DNA of 64,000 nucleotides from an uncultured Solibacteraceae bacterium (GTDB lineage: Bacteria > Acidobacteriota > Terriglobia > 20CM-2-55-15): the NCBI GenBank assembly GCA_964633285.1, contig CAZWGA010000029.1, positions 592-64,591 of the forward strand, read 5' to 3'. Made by a program: the position numbers and the translations under genes. The notes beneath the pieces are model-generated. The model did no database searches, was not told the DNA's origin, and saw only the letters and a program-made list of their open reading frames with translations. Shown piece by piece: positions 59,869 through 64,000 of this stretch (positions are counted from its first letter, which is position 1; each line of letters begins with the position of its first letter).

Positions 59869-61980
59869 ATGCCCCGATGTCTCCGGTTCATCATATCCAT
59901 TCTCATTGCGCCGGTAATCTTGCTCTCCGCTCAGTCTCTTGAGCCGCGACAGCAACTCTACCGTTATATCGATTCCATCGCGCATATGCGCCTTGAAGCC
60001 CGCAGACAAAACTTGAACCGCGTCCAGACACGCGTGGATGCCGAACGCCGGCAGGCTGAAGTACGTGAAAAAGTTATGCGTCTGATTGGCGGACTTCCGG
60101 AACGCAGCGGCCCAGCCCGTGCGATCAGCTTCGGAACGCTCGCGGGTGATGGATTCGTCCTGGACAAGATCGCTTATGAGAGTCTGCCCGGTTTCTGGGT
60201 CACCGCAAATCTCTACATTCCGCCCGGCGAGGGACCGTTTCCCGCGATTGTGGTTGCTCCCGGCCATGGAGCCGCGGGAAAAACCGAAGACTGGAACTGG
60301 GGTGGAAACTTCGCGCGCAACGGCATCATGGCCCTGGCATATGACCCGATCGGTCAGGGCGAGCGGCTGCAGTATTACGACAGGGAGAAAAAGATTTCAT
60401 TCATCGGCAATCCTACAGGCGAGCATGGCGAGGCGAACATCGGACCCATGCTGATCGGAGACACCGTTGCGCGCTATATGGTCAACGACGCGATGCGGGG
60501 TGTGGATTATCTTGTCTCGCGCAAGGATGTCGATGCCGCGCGAATCGGAGCATTCGGCTGTTCCGGCGGCGGCACAATGACAGCATATTTCGCAGCGCTC
60601 GATGATCGAGTGAAGGCCGCGGCTACCGCCTGCTACATTACTTCGTTCGAAGCATTGCTGGCATCTCCGCAGGGAGCGCAGGATGCCGAGCAATCCATTC
60701 CACATTTCATCGAGCAGGGTTTGGATTTTCCCGATTGGGTCGAGGCATTCGCGCCCAGGCCTTACGCCATCGTTTCAACGAAAGACGACATGTTTCCATT
60801 TGAAGGCGCCAGACAAACGCACGATGAGGCCAAACGGTTTTATGCGTTGTATAAAGCTGAAGAAAATCTTCAGTGGATTACCGGACCCGGCGGTCACGGC
60901 AACCTCGGTCCAATCGGGCCGGATATCGTGCGCTTCTTTGTGAAGTTTTTGAAAGGCACGAACGAAGATCCTGTCTTCACGCCAATGCGGCTCTCACGCC
61001 CGGACGACATCAAAGTTTTGCCGACCGGTCAGGTTGTGACGTTGCTCAGCGAAGAAACAATCTATTCGATCAACCGCCGGCGAGCAGAGACCTTGCTGGC
61101 GCCACAAGCGGTATTGAATGTAAAAACCGATGTTCAAAAACTGCAGGAACGCCTGAAGAAAGATATTCGAGCACTGACAGGTTCTGTGATGGAGCCTGGC
61201 ACCGCGCCGCCCGTCGTGAATATCGCGAGCGGCAGTGGGCACGCCGGTTATCGCCTCGAAACGTTTTCGATGAGGAGCGATGGCGATACGTCGGTTTCCG
61301 GTTCCATCGCGATTCCCGGTCGAAACGGCGTAAAGCCGGTTGTACTGATGTTCCTCTCCTCTGATTCGGCTCCAATGGATGAAATCGACCGTCTCGCAAA
61401 ATCGGGCCGTATTGTGATGACGCTCAATCCGCGGCCGACGCCTCCCGGCACTGAAAGCATCAAGTCGCGGTACCTCGGCGCTTTCAATCTGTTTTCTCTT
61501 CGAGCATTTCTTGTGGGGAAAACCATCATTGGCCTGCGGATCGACGACATTATTCGTTCGGTGAACTGGATTTCTTCCCGCAAAGATGTAGACCGCTCCG
61601 CGATTACCGCATACGGGCAAGGTCCTCTCGGCATGCCACTCCTTCACGCGGCCGTTCTTGATCCACGCATCGGCCGGATCGTGATTGAAAACTCACTCGT
61701 GTCGTACCGGATGATTGTGGATCAGCCGTTTCATCGGAATGTTTCTGAAGTCGTCATACCCGGCGTCCTGCGGCACTACGACACCGGCGATTTAATACAG
61801 TCGCTCTCTCCCCGGCCGGTCGTTCTGATAAATCCAGTCGATGCGATTGGAGCGCCAGTCGCTGAAGACGATTTTCAGAATGCCTTTGCGCACGTTATCC
61901 GTTCCGATGGCAATCTGGGCACTCCTCACCGTGTTCGTTTCGTGACTCGTGATGCGGGTTCAGCTCTCAGGCTGGATTAA
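59869..61980 (+). CDS. Secreted tandem alpha/beta-hydrolase (acetyl-xylan-esterase/dienelactone-hydrolase-like). The first domain has the GCSGG nucleophile elbow; the second is an internal duplication with the Ser replaced (GQGPLG)
   Basis: Signal peptide; 'FGCSGGG' GxSxG; internal repeat VDYLVSRKDVDAARIGAFGCSGGG versus VNWISSRKDVDRSAITAYGQGPLG. Confidence 0.75.
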   Translation: MPRCLRFIISILIAPVILLSAQSLEPRQQLYRYIDSIAHMRLEARRQNLNRVQTRVDAERRQAEVREKVMRLIGGLPERSGPARAISFGTLAGDGFVLDKIAYESLPGFWVTANLYIPPGEGPFPAIVVAPGHGAAGKTEDWNWGGNFARNGIMALAYDPIGQGERLQYYDREKKISFIGNPTGEHGEANIGPMLIGDTVARYMVNDAMRGVDYLVSRKDVDAARIGAFGCSGGGTMTAYFAALDDRVKAAATACYITSFEALLASPQGAQDAEQSIPHFIEQGLDFPDWVEAFAPRPYAIVSTKDDMFPFEGARQTHDEAKRFYALYKAEENLQWITGPGGHGNLGPIGPDIVRFFVKFLKGTNEDPVFTPMRLSRPDDIKVLPTGQVVTLLSEETIYSINRRRAETLLAPQAVLNVKTDVQKLQERLKKDIRALTGSVMEPGTAPPVVNIASGSGHAGYRLETFSMRSDGDTSVSGSIAIPGRNGVKPVVLMFLSSDSAPMDEIDRLAKSGRIVMTLNPRPTPPGTESIKSRYLGAFNLFSLRAFLVGKTIIGLRIDDIIRSVNWISSRKDVDRSAITAYGQGPLGMPLLHAAVLDPRIGRIVIENSLVSYRMIVDQPFHRNVSEVVIPGVLRHYDTGDLIQSLSPRPVVLINPVDAIGAPVAEDDFQNAFAHVIRSDGNLGTPHRVRFVTRDAGSALRLD

Positions 61981-62013
61981 GTCCGGGCAGGGAACGCGCT
62001 TAGATAATCGCAA

Positions 62014-62066
62014 CATGAATATTGGATAATCATGATAAAAAATATTCATGTTTAGCCGCCGGCTAA
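62014..62066. promoter_or_regulatory. Nested AT-rich palindromes: catgaatatt-17-aatattcatg, an inner atcatgat, then ttagccgccggctaa, in the convergent intergenic region between the hydrolase and GntR
   Basis: Exact reverse-complement arms read from the sequence; likely a bidirectional terminator and/or operator. Confidence 0.4.
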
Positions 62067-62098
62067 GAATTCCTTCGGGCGGAAGCTTTGTGATCTGA

Positions 62099-62824
62099 CT
62101 ATCGGCGGCGTTTCGGACGTTTCCCATCATCCGGTTCCATCGCCTGATGCGCGCTTGCACGAATGAGATGTTCGTTCATCGCATTGCGGGCAGCTTCAGG
62201 ATCGCGCGCACGAATTGCCTGATAAATACGGCGATGAAGTTCCGCGGCTTCCTTCAGATCGCGGTCGGATGCCTGTCTGGCGGTTTCGCGGCGGCGCTCG
62301 TAATAGAGGGCGGAGACCATTTCAACCAGAGCGCCAATAATGGGATTTCCGGATGCCGCCGCGACAGAACGATGAAACATGATGTCGTGCAGCAGAAACT
62401 TTACCGGGTCGTCGAGAGCCGCAAAAAGATTGGTTACTTCGTCGGCGAGAGTGGCCAGTTGTTCCGCTGTTGCCCGTTGTGCGGCCATTCCAGCGGCGCC
62501 GACTTCAAGGAGTCTCCGCGCTTCATACATTTCTTCCCGTGTAAAACCATGCAAGGCCGCGAGGAGGCTTAGCGATTCGCTGTCGAGTGTCGGCGGACCT
62601 TCAGGTATGTACGTCCCTGATCCGTGCCGGGACCGCACAACGCCCATCGCTGCGAGCGCGTGCAGTCCGACACGCACGGTCGGCCGGCTGACACCGATTT
62701 GCGTTGCAAGATCGCGCTCCGCCGGCAGCCGGTCTCCGGGGCGCAGTTGGCCCCGCTCGATCAACTGCCGGATATGAGCGACGACTTGATCCGTACTCCC
62801 TTCGAGCGCCTTTGCCATTACCAC
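62099..62824 (-). CDS. GntR-family transcriptional regulator (FadR-type FCD C-terminal domain)
   Basis: N-terminal wHTH 'LPAERDLATQIGVSRPTVRVGLHAL'; helical FCD domain; overlaps the stop of the upstream receptor gene. Confidence 0.85.
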   Translation of the reverse strand: MVMAKALEGSTDQVVAHIRQLIERGQLRPGDRLPAERDLATQIGVSRPTVRVGLHALAAMGVVRSRHGSGTYIPEGPPTLDSESLSLLAALHGFTREEMYEARRLLEVGAAGMAAQRATAEQLATLADEVTNLFAALDDPVKFLLHDIMFHRSVAAASGNPIIGALVEMVSALYYERRRETARQASDRDLKEAAELHRRIYQAIRARDPEAARNAMNEHLIRASAHQAMEPDDGKRPKRRR

Positions 62825-64000
62825 TCCAAACGAATACCGGTACGGAACGAGCGCGCGCCGGACTGATCCAGGTCGCTGCTGTCTTTCGTACCGCTGATAA
62901 CCCCGACCGTTGCCGCACTGGAGATCGTCACGGCCGGATTACCGAAGTTGGGATGATTAAACACGTTCGTTGAAGTCAGTTCGAGACGTAATCGCATTTG
63001 CTCGGTCAATCGAATGCGTTTCGACAAACCCGCATCGAATACCGCGTTGCCCGGGCCGACAATGACACCCTTCGCTGAAGTTCCAAAACGGCCCGGCTGC
63101 GGCGGCGCGAACGCCGTGGGATCGAACCACCTGCTGATGGTGCGTTGATCCGACGGCAGGTTGGGATCGCGCAGAATATCCGGCCGCAAGGTTACTGTCG
63201 GGGGCGTGCGGCTTGAAGTAAACGCGGTCCCCGTCGGATCCGGACCACTCCACTGAGGCGTCAGGAACTGGCCGGAGTAATAGGCGAAAACCCAGGATGA
63301 CTCCCAGTCTCCGATAATCGCGTTCAATCCGCGGCCCGCATTACCGAGGAACTTCTTACCGCTGCCCACGGGCAATTGGAAAATAGTATTCGCAGTGACC
63401 CGATGCCGTGGACTATCGAGCGAATTCCCGCGTTCGCGAGAGCGGTCATATGCATTTTCCGGCGAATCGAATAAGAATCCGTTCAAGTCTTCGATGTCTT
63501 TCGCCCATGTCCAGGAAGCCTGGTAGGAAATTCCTTTCGTGAATCGTCGCTCGGCTTCGATGGTCATGGCGTGATACTGATGTCCTGCTCCGTTCGTGCG
63601 CAAATTGATCGCCGGATAATTCGGGAAGAGTCTCGGCTTATCGACATAAAGGCGTGTGTCGGCTACCGGTTGATTCACGTTGATCGTGTAGTCGCCCTGG
63701 CGCGTATTCGTGCCGACGTAAGAAATCCGAAAGCCGGTGTTCCAGCGCTGATGCTCGACCGTCAGGTTGTACTGCATCGAGTACGGGATCTGAAGGTTGC
63801 TGCTGACCGCCTGAGGAATCCCGACCGTGGTCGGTCCTCCGGCTCCCGCCGCCGGAAATACTCGAGGAAGAATCACAGTTGGATTCGGCGACGGGTTTGT
63901 ATAACTCGGTTCGTTAATGACGAACGGCGAGCCGCCCGAATTCGCCGAACGCGTCACGACATCGTAGAAAACGCCAAATCCGCCGCGCACGACCGTCGAG
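62818..64000 (-). CDS. TonB-dependent outer-membrane receptor, C-terminal beta-barrel portion; the gene continues past the window end
   Basis: Beta-barrel-like alternating pattern and the terminal '...FRTGIRLEW' aromatic C-terminus typical of TonB-dependent receptors/OMPs. The N-terminus is outside the window. Confidence 0.7.
   Translation of the reverse strand, partial: STVVRGGFGVFYDVVTRSANSGGSPFVINEPSYTNPSPNPTVILPRVFPAAGAGGPTTVGIPQAVSSNLQIPYSMQYNLTVEHQRWNTGFRISYVGTNTRQGDYTINVNQPVADTRLYVDKPRLFPNYPAINLRTNGAGHQYHAMTIEAERRFTKGISYQASWTWAKDIEDLNGFLFDSPENAYDRSRERGNSLDSPRHRVTANTIFQLPVGSGKKFLGNAGRGLNAIIGDWESSWVFAYYSGQFLTPQWSGPDPTGTAFTSSRTPPTVTLRPDILRDPNLPSDQRTISRWFDPTAFAPPQPGRFGTSAKGVIVGPGNAVFDAGLSKRIRLTEQMRLRLELTSTNVFNHPNFGNPAVTISSAATVGVISGTKDSSDLDQSGARSFRTGIRLEW

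Overview
GC-rich (~58-60%) chromosomal window from a Gram-negative bacterium; gene content (ExbB/ExbD pairs, BamA/TamB, a TonB-dependent receptor ending ...LEW, a TonB-C-like anti-sigma factor) suggests Acidobacteriota or a related phylum, but this is inference. The window is mostly core genome. Main blocks, in order: (1) an exbB-exbD-exbD-TPR-lipoprotein operon closed by a 28-bp perfect-stem palindromic terminator; (2) rel and ridA; (3) an outer-membrane biogenesis cluster on the minus strand, tamB <- SurA-N-like chaperone <- bamA <- rpmB, with a divergent SurA/PrsA-like PPIase lipoprotein; (4) accC-accB (biotin carboxylase then BCCP) preceded by an amidase and a possible translationally coupled 46-aa ORF; (5) an O-antigen-ligase-like membrane protein and a FecE/FecCD-type ABC importer; (6) tRNA-Ser(GCU) followed by a ~6-kb lower-GC accessory island carrying a standalone SIR2-like protein, a VapBC module, a class-II Fic protein preceded by an array of six CGGCCA(A/C)A repeats, a RHH/MazF module, a frameshifted B12-binding radical-SAM gene and a small membrane protein, with no integrase or visible att repeat; (7) a ~25-kb unidirectional, heavily translationally coupled array of 29 genes on the minus strand (cysK, aroD-aroE fusion, thrB, asd, hisZGDCBHAF-IE, trpEGDCFBA, chorismate mutase, DAHP synthase, tyrA, scoAB, ugd-uxs-galE), with a paired inverted-repeat hairpin element at the hisIE/trpE junction; (8) a LysM protein, lgt, AMMECR1, pgsA, GDP-mannose pyrophosphorylase-like, phosphomannomutase, an ECF sigma/anti-sigma pair, lpxB, a tandem alpha/beta-hydrolase, GntR and a partial TonB-dependent receptor. 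No CRISPR array or rRNA was seen, and no IS element was recognised. The most likely place for something undescribed is the tRNA-Ser-linked island, particularly the small SIR2-like protein and the repeat array upstream of Fic. All functional calls come from reading motifs by eye; no database searches were run.
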